Part shown: positions 42,893-54,841 of the stretch, piece by piece
How positions within the stretch are numbered: the stretch's first letter is position 1
Layout: every line of letters starts with the position of its first letter
NCBI GenBank assembly: GCA_008690995.1
Contig: VRMN01000004.1
Coordinates: 310,001 to 374,000, forward strand
DNA from: Porphyridium purpureum
Lineage: Eukaryota
Reading direction: 5' to 3'
Length of the DNA stretch: 64,000 bases
Position numbers and translations under genes: made by a program
The notes under the pieces: generated by a model
What the model was told of the DNA's origin: nothing
The model's input: only the letters and a program-made list of their open reading frames with translations
Database searches by the model: none

Positions 42893-44203
42893 TTAACCCC
42901 AAATGCGCTTGATGAGCCCACCGGCTGCTGACTTGTGAATGTTGTGGTCTGCAAGAATAATCTCGAGCCGGGCACATACGTCCACAAACGGCGGGCGTTT
43001 TGACGGTTCCTCATGCCAACACTGCTCCATCAGCGTTCGGAATTCTGGGTTAGGGCTGGTTGGGATTTTCGGCCGCAGCGCGTTCTTGGCCACACCTTTG
43101 GCCACTTGCAACGGGGTCAGCAGGTACGGATTCTCGCTACCGTACATCAAGTTCCACATCATGATACCAAACGAGTACACGTCGCACGACTCATTGTATG
43201 GCTCGTACTTGAGCACTTCCGGTGCCATCCACAAGTACGTACCTGTTTCGCCTGTCATGACGCCACTGGTTTTCCCACCCATCATGACTTTGCTCAGCCC
43301 CCAGTCGGCTACTTTGGGCTCCCCGTGCTTGGAGATGAGCACATTGGAAGGCTTGAGGTCACGGTGGATCACGCCGCGCGCGTGTGCGAAAGCCATGCCT
43401 CTGGCAATCCCAAGTGACATCTGCAGTACGAGCGTAAACGACGTGGAGCACTTCTTCACGTCCAGCGTGCCCTTCTCCGCGTACTCAAACACAAGCGCGC
43501 GTCTCGTGGAAATCATGGGCGCCTTTCCGAGCTCAACTGTGCAGCTCGCAGATGCTATGCTGCTGCTCGAGTACACGACGCCAAGCAGCGCAATAATGTT
43601 CGGGTGACGCAGCCTGTACATGCAGCATACTTCTCTCCATACGTCAATTTCGATGCGCGACGCCAGTGCTGGATCACTGCTCTCCAGCTCCTCGCGGCTC
43701 TTGATCATTTTGACGGCGCATTCCGAACCGTAAAGCAGTGCCTTGTACACGTTTGCCGTTGTACCACCGCGCAAGGCTTTGGCGAACGTGAGCTCTTGCG
43801 GGTCGCAGTACAGGCCCGCGCGGCGCAGCCACTGCTCACGCTGTGCCTCAATGTGACGATCCGGTAGCGCGAGATCAACGGTGTTGTCAATGATACCATC
43901 GTCCAGTTGCTCAAGCACATCCGACGCCTGCTCACCGTGCTGTTCGGCATTCGCAAGCTTTGCCAGTTCCCGGAGCCTAGCGCGGATGATCGCGGTGTAC
44001 TCTTCTGCCGCTACCATCTCATCATCGCGCACCTCTAGCCGCGCCTGCAGCTCATTGTTTTCCGCGCGCAGTTGAAAGATGGTCGCCTCTTGGTCGGCAA
44101 CGATGTCGCTTAGCGCTGCAATACGCTCGGCCTTTATGTCGATACCCCCAGAAGCTGGCGCCTCGATGCGCTCGCGTTCAAGTGGTGCCGCATCCGTGTC
44201 CAT
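42893..44203 (-). CDS. Raf-like/TKL protein kinase with N-terminal coiled coil
   Basis: CAVK, HPNII, HRDLKPSN, ADWG, MTGETGTYLWMAPE, DVYSFG, CW-P-RP-F. Confidence 0.93.
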   Translation of the reverse strand: MDTDAAPLERERIEAPASGGIDIKAERIAALSDIVADQEATIFQLRAENNELQARLEVRDDEMVAAEEYTAIIRARLRELAKLANAEQHGEQASDVLEQLDDGIIDNTVDLALPDRHIEAQREQWLRRAGLYCDPQELTFAKALRGGTTANVYKALLYGSECAVKMIKSREELESSDPALASRIEIDVWREVCCMYRLRHPNIIALLGVVYSSSSIASASCTVELGKAPMISTRRALVFEYAEKGTLDVKKCSTSFTLVLQMSLGIARGMAFAHARGVIHRDLKPSNVLISKHGEPKVADWGLSKVMMGGKTSGVMTGETGTYLWMAPEVLKYEPYNESCDVYSFGIMMWNLMYGSENPYLLTPLQVAKGVAKNALRPKIPTSPNPEFRTLMEQCWHEEPSKRPPFVDVCARLEIILADHNIHKSAAGGLIKRIWG

Positions 44204-44598
44204 CCGATGAGTCTAGCGTCTGTGTGTCTGTTGGTCAATCTCTACCATTCCGTTCGTGGATTATGACAGACACACGTGCAACCAGCTAAAAGTGGAAGAA
44301 CAAAATAGCAAACACGAAACCCAGAAAAAACAAAAAGGGCAACGACTTGCAGGAAGGTTAGCCCGTGCGTCTTTTAGTTTGCCGTCTCGTCCAAACATGA
44401 TGGGTCATTCTGCCGTCAGCGCAAATAATCAAAGCCTGGATGCTGTGTCTATCTACTGTGAGGGCTACCTGCGTCGATTGGCCGTGTAAAGAGCGGGTCA
44501 CGTCCAGTTCACCTCGTCTCTTTTTTCTTCCGCGTTCCGCCTCTGCAGGCGTCATATGCAAATGACTTTTGCGACACTTGTGTTTTCAGGACTGGTGT

Positions 44599-45762
44599 CT
44601 ACATCTTGAGCGTCTTGGGTTGCTCCCACGTGAAGTCAGGATCGTTGCGCCCAAAGTGGCCGTACGCGGCGGTCTTTGAGTAAATGGGGCGCAGCAGGTC
44701 GAGCTCTCGGATGATGACACCTGGGCGCAGATCAAAGTTGTTGCGAACAATTTCCAGCAGGTCGGCGTCGGTCTTGCCATTCTTGACTGTCCCGTACGAA
44801 TCTACAAAGAGCGAGGTTGGTTCGGCAATACCAATGCCGTACGAAACCTGGAAAAGGCAGCGATCGCACAGCCCTGCTGCGACCAGCGACTTGGCGACCC
44901 AGCGGGCGGCGTATGCGGCCGAGCGGTCCACCTTGGTTGGATCCTTTCCAGAGAACGCGCCACCACCGTGCGCTCCCCACCCTCCGTACGTGTCGATGAT
45001 GATCTTGCGGCCCGTGAGACCGGCATCACCTTCCGGGCCGCCAATCACAAAGCGTCCTGACGGGTTGAGGTGGTACTTCGTCTCTGGAGTCAAGTACTGC
45101 TCTGGGATTACCGACTTGATGACCTTTTCCATAAGGTCCGCGCGGATGACCTCGTTGGACACATCGTCGCTGTGCTGGGTCGAAATGACCACGGCAACAA
45201 CGCGCAGGGGTTTCAGTCTGCCGTTCGCGTCCTTCTCATACTCCATGGTGACCTGAGTCTTTCCATCTGGGCGCACCCACGGTAAGATGCCCTCCTTGCG
45301 CACCTCTGTCAAGCGGTAGCCGAGCTTGGTCGCGAATACGTGGGTGAGTGGCATGAGCTCTTCTGACTCGTTGGTGGCGTAGCCAAACATGTGTCCCTGA
45401 TCGCCGGCGCCGACATCCTCCGAGGTGCGTCCGACGTGCACGCCGCCAGCGATTTCAGGCGACTGGTCGTGAATTTCCTGCAGCACGCGGCAGGTCTTGT
45501 AGTCGAGTCCCTTCTTCTCATCATCAAACCCAATCTTCTGCACGGCCGCGCGCACGACGGCCTCGTAATCAACCTTTGCGGCGGTGGTGATCTCGCCAAA
45601 CGCCATGACCATGCCTGTCTTTGTGGCGGCCTCGCACGCGACCTTGCTCCACTTGTCCTGCGCCAAGCACGCGTCCAGCACGGCGTCACTCACCTGGTCA
45701 CACAACTTATCCGGGTGGCCTTCATTGACCGACTCGGACGTGAACATAAACCGCTGCGCCAT
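44599..45762 (-). CDS. metK: S-adenosylmethionine synthetase (MAT)
   Basis: [44 protein letters not shown]. Confidence 0.99.
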   Translation of the reverse strand: MAQRFMFTSESVNEGHPDKLCDQVSDAVLDACLAQDKWSKVACEAATKTGMVMAFGEITTAAKVDYEAVVRAAVQKIGFDDEKKGLDYKTCRVLQEIHDQSPEIAGGVHVGRTSEDVGAGDQGHMFGYATNESEELMPLTHVFATKLGYRLTEVRKEGILPWVRPDGKTQVTMEYEKDANGRLKPLRVVAVVISTQHSDDVSNEVIRADLMEKVIKSVIPEQYLTPETKYHLNPSGRFVIGGPEGDAGLTGRKIIIDTYGGWGAHGGGAFSGKDPTKVDRSAAYAARWVAKSLVAAGLCDRCLFQVSYGIGIAEPTSLFVDSYGTVKNGKTDADLLEIVRNNFDLRPGVIIRELDLLRPIYSKTAAYGHFGRNDPDFTWEQPKTLKM

Positions 45763-46287
45763 CCTTCCAACCCACTCTCAGCTTTACCTTCCGCTTCGCT
45801 TCTCCCTCTTCTCCGCGTTCTCGTCGCGCTCAGTCTCTCCCTGGCTCTTACCCCGTCCACCTTCTTTCAACCTTCCCCAGCTTCCTTCTGTGGCCCTCCG
45901 CCTCTTCACGGCCGGTAACCCTCCGAAAATCACCACCGACCATCGATTTCTTATGCTCCGCGCACGTCGCTATCAAACCAGGCGCGTTTTATCAGAATCA
46001 GAGCCGTACCGCACCGCCATTCTAAAACTAGCCGGATCAGGCTCAGGATTAGGCTCACTCACCACAATAACAAAACACGCGTCCGCTGTCGATCCACGCG
46101 CGCCGGCACCGCGCCATACCAAAACAGGGCCGATCTGGCAGCAAAGTTCCGCACTGTACCCTGTGCGGCACACGCACCGCCCACTCCGCGCGCGCGCGTG
46201 TCCACGTGCGGTCAACGCGCGTTCTCGCCGCCGCGTCGGATCGTCGATTTACACAGAGCGGCGGTTCTACACTGATCCGTGGCCGCA

Positions 46288-46408
46288 TGTTCAGCGGGTG
46301 TTCAGCGGGTGTTCAGCGGTTGTTCAGCGGGTGTTCAGCGGTTGTTCAGCGGTTGTTCAGCGGTTGTTCAACGGTTGTACAGCGATTGTACAGTGGGTGT
46401 TCGAAGGG
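46288..46408. repeat. 11-bp tandem array TGTTCAGCGG(G/T), ~11 units, degenerating rightwards
   Basis: Seven near-perfect units at 46288-46364, then tgttcaacggt, tgtacagcgat, tgtacagtggg, tgttcgaaggg. Confidence 0.95.
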
Positions 46409-46557
46409 GGTTCAGTGTTGATGAAGTACGGTTCCGGCCGGTGTCCTGTGTGTGTTTGTTGAGGTGGATCGCTCTAAATCGTACAAGGAGGCGGTCGTGT
46501 GATAAGGAGGAAGAACAAGACTCTGAGCGGGTAGGTGGAGGGAGAGAGAGAGAAAGA

Positions 46558-46602
<45 letters not shown>

Positions 46603-46684
46603 AGAAGGAGAAGCGAGTGAGTGAGGGAGAGCAGGTGTAGTTTGGAGCAGGAAAAGGAGAGGCAGCGCGCGGAGAGAAAGGAAG

Positions 46685-48154
46685 ATGGCGTCGGCGACAA
46701 AGACGGTGGTGGAGACGCCGATCAAGGAGGGCCAGTACAAGGTGAGGGATCTGTCGCTCGCGGAGTATGGGCGCAAGGAGATCGAGCTGGCCGAGGTGGA
46801 GATGCCCGGGCTGATGGCCTGTCGTGACGAGATGGGCGCACGCAAGCCCCTCGCGGGAGCGCGCGTCATGGGCTCGCTGCACATGACCATCCAGACGGCC
46901 GTGCTCATCGAGACGTTGTACGAGCTGGGCGCCGACCTCCGCTGGTGCTCGTGCAACATCTTCTCCACGCAGGATCACGCCGCCGCCGCCGTCGTGGCAA
47001 AGGGCACCTCCAGCGTGTTTGCCTGGAAGGGCGAGAACTTGGAGGAGTACTGGTGGTGCACGGATCGCGCGCTCACCTGGGAGGACGGCGACGGCCCGGA
47101 TATCATCGTGGACGACGGTGGCGACGCCACCTTGCTCATCCATGAGGGCTACAAGGCCGAGATTGCCTTTGAGAAGGACGGCGTCGTGCCGGACCCGTCG
47201 TCGACGGACAACGCAGAATACTTCCAGGTGCTCACCATTATCAAGAACGGGCTCAAGACGAACCCAAAGCGCTGGCACAAGATGGTCGAGCGCCTCGTCG
47301 GTGTCTCAGAGGAGACCACCACGGGCGTGCATCGCCTGATCGAGCGCGCGCGTGATGGCACCTTGCTTTTCCCGGCGATCAACGTGAACGACTGCGTCAC
47401 CAAGTCCAAGTTTGACAACCTGTACGGCTGCAAGCACTCGCTGCCGGACGGCATCATGCGCGCCACTGACGTCATGCTTGCCGGAAAGACCGTCATGATC
47501 TGCGGGTATGGAGACGTGGGCAAGGGATCCGCCGCGTCCATGAAGGCCGCCGGCGCCCGCGTCATCATCAGCGAAATTGACCCGATCTGCGCGCTGCAGG
47601 CGTGCATGGAGGGCTTCCAGGTGACGACACTGGACGAGGTCGTGGAGACCTTGGACATCGTTGTCACGACGACGGGCAACAAGGACATTGTGATGGCGAA
47701 GGACATGGCGAGGATGAAGAACAACGCGATCGTGGGCAACATTGGCCACTTTGACAACGAGATCGACATGGCCGGCCTTGAGAAGTTTCCCGGTATCGTC
47801 CGCCAGAACATCAAGCCGCAAGTGGACCGCTTTGTGTTCCCGGACGGACACGGCGTGATTGTGCTGGCTGAAGGCCGTCTGCTGAACTTGGGCTGTGCCA
47901 CAGGCCACCCGAGTTTCGTGATGAGCTGCTCATTCACCAACCAGACGCTTGCTCAGGTAGAGCTGTGGGAAAACCGCAACACGGGCAAGTACGAGAACAA
48001 TGTGTACGTGCTGCCCAAGGTCCTTGACGAGAAGGTTGCCCGACTGCACCTGGGCAAGCTTGGCGCCAAGCTCACCAAGCTGACTCCGGAGCAGGCAGAG
48101 TACATCGGCATGGATGAGTCGAAGGGTATGAAACCAGATAGCTACCGTTACTAA
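46685..48154 (+). CDS. SAHH: Adenosylhomocysteinase (SAH hydrolase), plant-type with insertion
   Basis: [60 protein letters not shown] and terminal YRY. Confidence 0.99.
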   Translation: MASATKTVVETPIKEGQYKVRDLSLAEYGRKEIELAEVEMPGLMACRDEMGARKPLAGARVMGSLHMTIQTAVLIETLYELGADLRWCSCNIFSTQDHAAAAVVAKGTSSVFAWKGENLEEYWWCTDRALTWEDGDGPDIIVDDGGDATLLIHEGYKAEIAFEKDGVVPDPSSTDNAEYFQVLTIIKNGLKTNPKRWHKMVERLVGVSEETTTGVHRLIERARDGTLLFPAINVNDCVTKSKFDNLYGCKHSLPDGIMRATDVMLAGKTVMICGYGDVGKGSAASMKAAGARVIISEIDPICALQACMEGFQVTTLDEVVETLDIVVTTTGNKDIVMAKDMARMKNNAIVGNIGHFDNEIDMAGLEKFPGIVRQNIKPQVDRFVFPDGHGVIVLAEGRLLNLGCATGHPSFVMSCSFTNQTLAQVELWENRNTGKYENNVYVLPKVLDEKVARLHLGKLGAKLTKLTPEQAEYIGMDESKGMKPDSYRY

Positions 48155-48874
48155 GCACCCTCGTGCGACCCTACTGATGGGGAAGGAACTGTGCAACAAG
48201 CGCAGCACTTCTCGAGTCGCTGTACACGAAACGCTTTCCCCTTCTCCTTTTCTTCTGTTAGTCTAGCTATTATTTGTTCCCTCTGCTCGTTCATGGGTGG
48301 CCACAACAACTAGATTGTTTTCCACAACAAACATTGGGATATTTCGACTTTTTCTCAGTGAGTGATTCCTCACCACGTACCCGTCCCCATAACGTGAGGG
48401 CACAGCAGAAACTGCGTTCCTAGCGCGCTGCGGCTTCTTTGCAAAGTTCTCTCTCCTTTCTACTTCCGGCGCGAGGTCTTGACAACCAACTACGATGAGA
48501 CTCCTTTGCGGTGGCTAGAGCGTTTGGCCTTGAACGACGTTTACACTTTCGTTTCTTTGACTCTGGTTTCTTCCTATCCTGAACTATTACATAATGTGAT
48601 CTTTGAAGCTGACCCTCCTCCCTCATGACTACGACTATTATTTGTGTGATCCCAACCTCTCTGGCCGAGTGTTGAGGCCGCGCGCCCTTTTCCCAGACTG
48701 TTAATGCAGAATACACCGCTATGCTGCGCGCAGCCTCAAACACTGCTAGGATACCTAGACAAACACCTCCCTGACGGTACAACATATACGCGCCACTCCC
48801 CACCTTAAATGTACAAATCTCCGTGCTTCTCAATCAACAATGATCATCAACGCATATCCTCTTCTCGTGCGTGC

Positions 48875-49948
48875 TCAGAAGGATGCGTCGAATGTTTGTC
48901 CGAGCTCTGGCCAATCCATGCCGGTCGACGGTACCAGGACGTCATCCATACCAGGCAGGTAGGTGCTGTACGGGTACGGGTCACTGGATAGCAGCAGCTC
49001 GTCGTCTTTTGTGCCAATGTCTCGCTCAGCGACCATACCCTGCTCGGGCACCACGCAGTCGTCCTCGGCTTCTGCGACACAAGCCTCAAACTTGGGCACA
49101 AATAGGAGCCCATGGTCCAACGAGGCCACGGCCTTGTTTGGCGTGGCCGCAAGACGCGCCGCGTTCATGGCGCCCGCCGCATCGTTTTCGCCACTGGTCG
49201 CCATCGCGGACGCGCGCACGTTGTTCTGCGCCTCCACAGTGATCGCCGCCTCGGCGCTCAACCGCCGCGCCTCTTCACGAACCAGCTTCTTGTGGAACTT
49301 TTCGCCGTGCGTGCGGACTTGGCGTGGCGTGCGCGTGCCGACAAACGCGCTAATGTTCACAAAGTCTTTCTCGCCGTACTTTGCACGAGCGATCAAGTAG
49401 CGCTGGTGCTCTTCCTTGGTCCAGTAGCGCGTGGTCCCGGTGCACTCACCAGACGAGGGCTTCCCCGACGACGACAGCGCGGGCGAGCCGTCGTCGGACG
49501 CGCACGAGCCATTCTGCACTGAGATGGGCGAACTCAACACGTGCAGCTGCAGCGCGTGGCCCGCAGCGCCAGATACTTTCGTCGCGCTCAGCTTAGCAGG
49601 CACTGACTTCGCAATCGTAGGGCGAGGACCGGCGGCCGAGTTCTTTGTCGACAACAGGGAGCTCTCGCTCTTGTTGTCTGCGTGTCTGACCGACCGTTGC
49701 ACTTGTGCGAGCGGCGTGCTCGGCGTGCGACTCTCACGCGCCGACACCGGGCCACCCTTGCCCACGCCGCCCTTGGAGGTTTTGAGAAAGCCGCGCAGCG
49801 CGTTGGATTCCCTCTGCATCTTCTCCAGCCGCTTCTCAAGCTCGGCGATCCTCGACAGCTGGTTCTCAATGATGATATTCATCAAGCAATCGTTCTGTGC
49901 GCCCGCGGGCTCGGCGGCGAACGCGCCGGTCTGCATCTCGACGTCCAT
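48875..49948 (-). CDS. Single-repeat MYB (SHAQKYF-like) transcription factor with coiled coil
   Basis: TRYWTKEEHQRYL-YG-KDF-IS-FVGTRTPRQVRTHGEKF; coiled coil QLSRIAELEKRLEKMQRESNALR; TATA-like ttatataaaa on the minus strand at ~50145-50154. Confidence 0.9.
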   Translation of the reverse strand: MDVEMQTGAFAAEPAGAQNDCLMNIIIENQLSRIAELEKRLEKMQRESNALRGFLKTSKGGVGKGGPVSARESRTPSTPLAQVQRSVRHADNKSESSLLSTKNSAAGPRPTIAKSVPAKLSATKVSGAAGHALQLHVLSSPISVQNGSCASDDGSPALSSSGKPSSGECTGTTRYWTKEEHQRYLIARAKYGEKDFVNISAFVGTRTPRQVRTHGEKFHKKLVREEARRLSAEAAITVEAQNNVRASAMATSGENDAAGAMNAARLAATPNKAVASLDHGLLFVPKFEACVAEAEDDCVVPEQGMVAERDIGTKDDELLLSSDPYPYSTYLPGMDDVLVPSTGMDWPELGQTFDASF

Positions 49949-51249
49949 CTGCACTCGTGCGTTTCTTGCGCGCCGTGCGTCCTATGCCGTGGTGTGGCGA
50001 TCACCGGCTCGTCCTATTCGTCGACCTGCCAACCTCTCTCCGTGCGTCCTCCTCTGAGCTCAAGGCAAATCCCAGACTGGCGATCTCCGCGACGGCCCCG
50101 CCCTCACACAACCGACCAAGTCACCTCAGCCAACCCACGACGTCTTTTATATAAGCGGCCTAACCGCGTCGTGTCGTTTTCATACTGCGTGCGCGAACGC
50201 AAGCAAGCGCGGTGCGCTGTCTATTCACACGCGCGTTTTAGACTCGACGTGAGCTTCTAGTCAATCGGGGGCAGTTTCATACACGAAGTGAGACGTTGGG
50301 CGGAATTATCTCGAGCGCCGCGAATTCGGGCGCGTTTGCTTAGAGACGCAAAACGGTCCGTGCGTAAAGCGCCAAACGACGCGTTCTGACCAGCGTGGCA
50401 TGGAAGAAACCGATTCCGGATTTTTCCACGGAGCGGTACCCGCTCGCAAAGAGGAATATTATTCGGTGTTGCTATTATTGGTGTGACGCACATCGCATAT
50501 CGCAAGTTGCGTTGCTAGTCAGTCCCCATAGGACGGCCGACGGAGAAGAGCCAAGTAGGAAACATAGTAATAAGGAAGGGCGCGTGGGCCTCTCACCCGC
50601 GAGATCGCGCGAAGGTTGTTGCACTACAATAAAGAGAACAGAGCAGCAGGGAAGAGTTATTTCGCACAGCGCGTTGAGTCGCGATGTTGCGTGCCGCCTC
50701 ACACCGTAGAATATCAGAATATCTCTCTGTCTTGCAATCGATCTGGATTGGACAATTACATTGCGGGGTATTTGCGTTCCTTTCTCTCTGAAAAGGTGAA
50801 CGCTGGAGACAGGGGAGTGTGCGCACGTCTACTTCGCCCATACCGTTTACAGGCCGCAAAAAGACAGGGCCGGCGGAAGGACGTGCGCGCCACCGTGAAG
50901 CGTTACTTTTCTCGTCCTTTCTTTTCTTTTTTCGCATACATGTTGGCGTGCCAGTTTAGAAGCGAAGCCGGCATCATGTTAATCTCGATGCCGCGAGATC
51001 GAGTGATTCCTAAGGGAACCACCCCATCGAACTCGTGCGTCTTTTGATTCCTCATGTTGTCGGGTTGTGACATCACTGTTCGATGGCCGCGGTCCCTCAA
51101 AAAAAAAGTAACGCATGGGAATCGGAGCGCTAAGATAACCTGATTCTGCTGCGCAACGGCTGCATGGCGAGCGTGCGCTTTCACCACGGTCGGCGCGCAT
51201 TGACTCGATGTGCGGTATTCCTTGTACCGCGTTTGCACTCCAAGCCAGC

Positions 51250-54200
51250 TCACATCTCAGAAGACCTGTACATCAGCTGGACGCCCGCACTGTGCAGAGA
51301 AGAGATACCACTGCCCATCTCCGCATCACCGCTGCTTCCCAACCGCAGCACGCTGGTGGCTAGCGCAGATGCAGATTCAGATGGGCCAGTAAGCCGGCCC
51401 GAAGTCTTGAGCTGAGTGCTGGCATGCCGACTCAGGCTGCGCTGCACGTTGCGCAACGAGTGCTCCCGAAGGACGTGCGTGTTCCCAGCCACGCCGCCGG
51501 CCGCAGCTGCATTCCGCGCCTGCTGCTTGCGCACAAATTCAGACGCCATCTTGACGGCCGTCTGCAGGATCTCAGCGCCCAGCCCACGCACCTGCATAAG
51601 CTTTTGAAATGAGGCAATTGAGAATGCCTCGTGCGCACTGTGGATGCTCTCAAAAACCGACAGGAGCTCATTCAGCGTGGGCACGCACACCAGCAGTTCG
51701 CGCAAGTTTGAGAGCGACTGCAAGTGTACACTGACCACGCGCACGTGGATATACCGTGTGAAGAGCTTGCGCAGGCTTTGCGTGTCGTTGTCAATTTGCG
51801 CAATGATCGCCGACAGTTTGCTCTCTGGAGGAATCTGCACAATGCCCTGAAGATAGTATTCCACAATGCGGTCGAGTTGGAAGCTCACCATTTCCTTAAA
51901 ATGATGAGGCAAGAGGTCTACGCGCAGTTCCTGGAACGCATCCTCGAGAATCTCTATCACGTCCATCATGGCGCCAAACCCAGAGTTTGCCTTGAACAGC
52001 TTCCGAAGCGAGACTTGCACGTCCGAGTTTAACAGCTCGCGGATAAAGCGGAGCGCTGAGCTCTCAATTTCAATAAAGCGGTCCATGGTGAACTGCATCT
52101 GGTCGAGGCGTTCGTGATACGGCTCTTCCAGCGAGTCGAACAACGATTCGCGAAGCTCATCGGTCAGAAAGATACAGCGCGACGCGTCATTCGCCTGCGC
52201 GCACAAGAACTGCGAGTAGGCCGCAACACTGACGCTCTTCGGCGCTGTCGTTCCTGAGCTTGCTCCCGTCATGTCCGCGCTCGAATGGTGGGCGGGTGCC
52301 GCCGCGGCACGACCCATAGGAATGGCGGGAATCTTGCGCCGAAACGAAGACTCGATCGAGCGCGGTGAAAAATTCACATCGTTTGTGTCGTCACGCAAGA
52401 CGCGTTGCTCGGCTCCCACGCGCAGGGGACCTGGAGTGCCTCCCTGTGCACCCGCAGAGCCTGATTGGAACACCGACGCACGCCGAACGACGTGCGCATT
52501 GTCTTGGTTTTGGTAATTTGGCGGCTCTGCACCAGATCCGCCGTGACCAGAGCCACCGCGCTCGTGCGCATCGCGCAAGTACGCCACCATGCCATCACAG
52601 TAATCGTGAATGATCGCGTTCACCGCGTCGACCATTTCCGCGAGCGAAACACGGTGCGACACGGTCGCGGCCTCATGCAGGGCGCGGTCTGTGCTGGAAA
52701 ATAGCTCTTCGGGTGCGCACGTGTGCAGGAATGAGCGTTCATTATCCTCATCGCGCGAAATAAGTGCCGAGTACTCGCTCGTAACGGGATCGACATCCAC
52801 AGCGCGCTTGATGAGCTCCTTGACCGTGTCTTGGAGGCTTTTGCATGCGTAAGCCTCGTACTGCTTCGCCAATACCGCACGGTCAGCATCGTTTAACTGA
52901 TCCAGAAATGAATAGTTCGAGCTGAACAGTCCGCGGATCATCTCTGCATGATTCACGCAGAAACGCACCAGCCGCACCGTTGCATCAGGTGTGAGCGCGC
53001 CTTCCAAGTGCAAAAACTGGGCGATTAAAAGACCACTTAGTTTCATGTAATGTCGCGATATTTCTGAGCCTATGCTCAGATTCTTCGGGAAGCAAACGAC
53101 CACCCAGCGCTGTGCGGACTCTACGTTGCTCAGCACAGCCTGCAACTGATGTAGAAGCTCATCCGCAAGCGCATCAGCGGCGCGCTCTCGCACTTTCGGT
53201 GTCATCTGTGCGTACTTTTTGCGGTGGTCGGCAAACTTTTGCTTGATCGTTGCAAATTGTGCTTCGACATAGCGCAGTGTCATGCCAATAACATCACTGG
53301 TCAGAGCGACAGCTTGACTATCAGCATCAGCTCCGCTAGAAACGGCTGCCCGGGACTCCTGGGCGGAAGAGGTCTGGGGTTTGGATCCCGCGGTACGGTC
53401 GTTGTATGCACGATTCTCTGCCGGAACCACTTCACTGCCACGCACACCTGAGTTCTGCTCCAAGTATTCATTCCACCACTGCTGCTCTTCGCCAAGCGCC
53501 AAAGAACAATACACGGCGCAAACAAGGCAACGAGGCTGGTACTGTGCCACGGGTAGCAGATTCTCAAATGCTAGCTGAATCCATTTCGTAAGCGCAACGA
53601 GCGTATCCCGAATCGGCGCGTACCAGCCTTGCACTTCTCGCAACAGTGCCTTGTCCTGAGCTGCGTGCAGAAGCGCAAAGCGTCGGATCCGGTCGAGCGC
53701 GAAGAAGAGGGTCACCTGGTCGTACAGAGAATGTACGGGCGAGGACAGCGTCAAGGAACTTGGACTGAACGGCTCGTCTGTTGCTTCATTCAACACCTTG
53801 CATAAGCTGCGCAGCCGCGGTGCTGACGCTTTGCCTTGCTGGAACATCTCGGTATAGTCCACCACGTTCCGTACATTCGCAATGGCGCACGAGAGCCGCT
53901 TCACTTTATCGCTCTGTAGCACCAGAAACGCGACGTCCTTTTCCCTAGACATCTCGCTGGTCCGAGCAAGCACACCACCGCCTGCCCTATTTTCGAGAAA
54001 GGGAAGCTTCTTGTCCTGCGCAAGCTCCATGCCACTGGGCTGGAGCCCAACCGCGCCAGCACCGCCGCTACGCATCGATTTTAAGGGTTGGTTCGCTTCA
54101 CCGCTGTCCTCCGACTCGACATCCGCCCGCTGCTGCTCGCCTTGAACCATCAGCCGATGCAAAAGAGACTCCCACTGTCCGGACGACTCCTTGAGCGTTG

Positions 54201-54381
54201 TGGTTAGGCCAGCGCGCGACAGACGCGCGCGAAGGCTCTGTGCTATCTTTTCATCCAGCGCGTCGCGCCGCTTGAGTAGCTCCGCGCGTAGCTCTGACAG
54301 TGAGTCTAGGTCATCGCTCCCACGCAACGTTCTCCGCAACTCTGTCAGGACTCGCCCATCCAGCCCGGCGTCGCCGGCCAT
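51250..54381 (-). CDS. SEC6: Exocyst complex component Sec6/EXOC3
   Basis: Helical-rod protein with T-APEELF, FLCAQANDASRC, M-I-ILED-F-E and QIDND-L-KLF, resembling Sec6 conserved blocks. Confidence 0.72.
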   Translation of the reverse strand: MAGDAGLDGRVLTELRRTLRGSDDLDSLSELRAELLKRRDALDEKIAQSLRARLSRAGLTTTLKESSGQWESLLHRLMVQGEQQRADVESEDSGEANQPLKSMRSGGAGAVGLQPSGMELAQDKKLPFLENRAGGGVLARTSEMSREKDVAFLVLQSDKVKRLSCAIANVRNVVDYTEMFQQGKASAPRLRSLCKVLNEATDEPFSPSSLTLSSPVHSLYDQVTLFFALDRIRRFALLHAAQDKALLREVQGWYAPIRDTLVALTKWIQLAFENLLPVAQYQPRCLVCAVYCSLALGEEQQWWNEYLEQNSGVRGSEVVPAENRAYNDRTAGSKPQTSSAQESRAAVSSGADADSQAVALTSDVIGMTLRYVEAQFATIKQKFADHRKKYAQMTPKVRERAADALADELLHQLQAVLSNVESAQRWVVVCFPKNLSIGSEISRHYMKLSGLLIAQFLHLEGALTPDATVRLVRFCVNHAEMIRGLFSSNYSFLDQLNDADRAVLAKQYEAYACKSLQDTVKELIKRAVDVDPVTSEYSALISRDEDNERSFLHTCAPEELFSSTDRALHEAATVSHRVSLAEMVDAVNAIIHDYCDGMVAYLRDAHERGGSGHGGSGAEPPNYQNQDNAHVVRRASVFQSGSAGAQGGTPGPLRVGAEQRVLRDDTNDVNFSPRSIESSFRRKIPAIPMGRAAAAPAHHSSADMTGASSGTTAPKSVSVAAYSQFLCAQANDASRCIFLTDELRESLFDSLEEPYHERLDQMQFTMDRFIEIESSALRFIRELLNSDVQVSLRKLFKANSGFGAMMDVIEILEDAFQELRVDLLPHHFKEMVSFQLDRIVEYYLQGIVQIPPESKLSAIIAQIDNDTQSLRKLFTRYIHVRVVSVHLQSLSNLRELLVCVPTLNELLSVFESIHSAHEAFSIASFQKLMQVRGLGAEILQTAVKMASEFVRKQQARNAAAAGGVAGNTHVLREHSLRNVQRSLSRHASTQLKTSGRLTGPSESASALATSVLRLGSSGDAEMGSGISSLHSAGVQLMYRSSEM

Positions 54382-54841
54382 GTCTGCAGAACAAGACGTT
54401 ACGCCCCTCCCACCGTGCTTCGTCTCACGCTGCAAGAAGGGTAATCCGCCAACACGTCCTGCACCAACGCGTTCACGAAAGTGCTGTGTACGTGTGCGCG
54501 TGCGCGAAACCAACGCGCAATGTCATTCCGCGCGCTCGCGGAGTGACGGAACACTGCGCCCTTTCTTTTGGGATTTTCCCAAAGTGTCGGGCATGAAGCC
54601 CTGGAGCTGCGCGCGGAACATTTATTTCGAACGGGGGTGAAACGACAGAAGAAAGGCAAGCTTCAGACTGGTGTCCGTTGAAGAAGTGATGAGGAAAACA
54701 AGAATTCTGAGCCCTCTAGCCCGTTCCGCGGCCCTTCTCGGCGTCCTCCAAAGAAGGCCAAAGAATACCGAAGGACACGCGTGATGCCCGCAGTGTTCAA
54801 TCCGGCAGTCGTGCTCTCGGTCGAAGGGTAAAAGCGGGAAC

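Noticed and set aside
46288..46408. CRISPR array
   Set aside because: Contiguous 11-bp units with no unique spacers, no cas genes and a eukaryotic context.
45763..46684. SAM or SAH riboswitch in the MAT/SAHH spacer
   Set aside because: No recognisable SAM-I/II or SAH consensus by eye; an Infernal/Rfam scan would be needed to exclude it.
44684..47940. Long antisense or alternate-frame ORFs over MAT and SAHH (and many similar ones window-wide)
   Set aside because: Shadow ORFs expected from GC-rich codon bias opposite conserved genes; they show no independent motifs.
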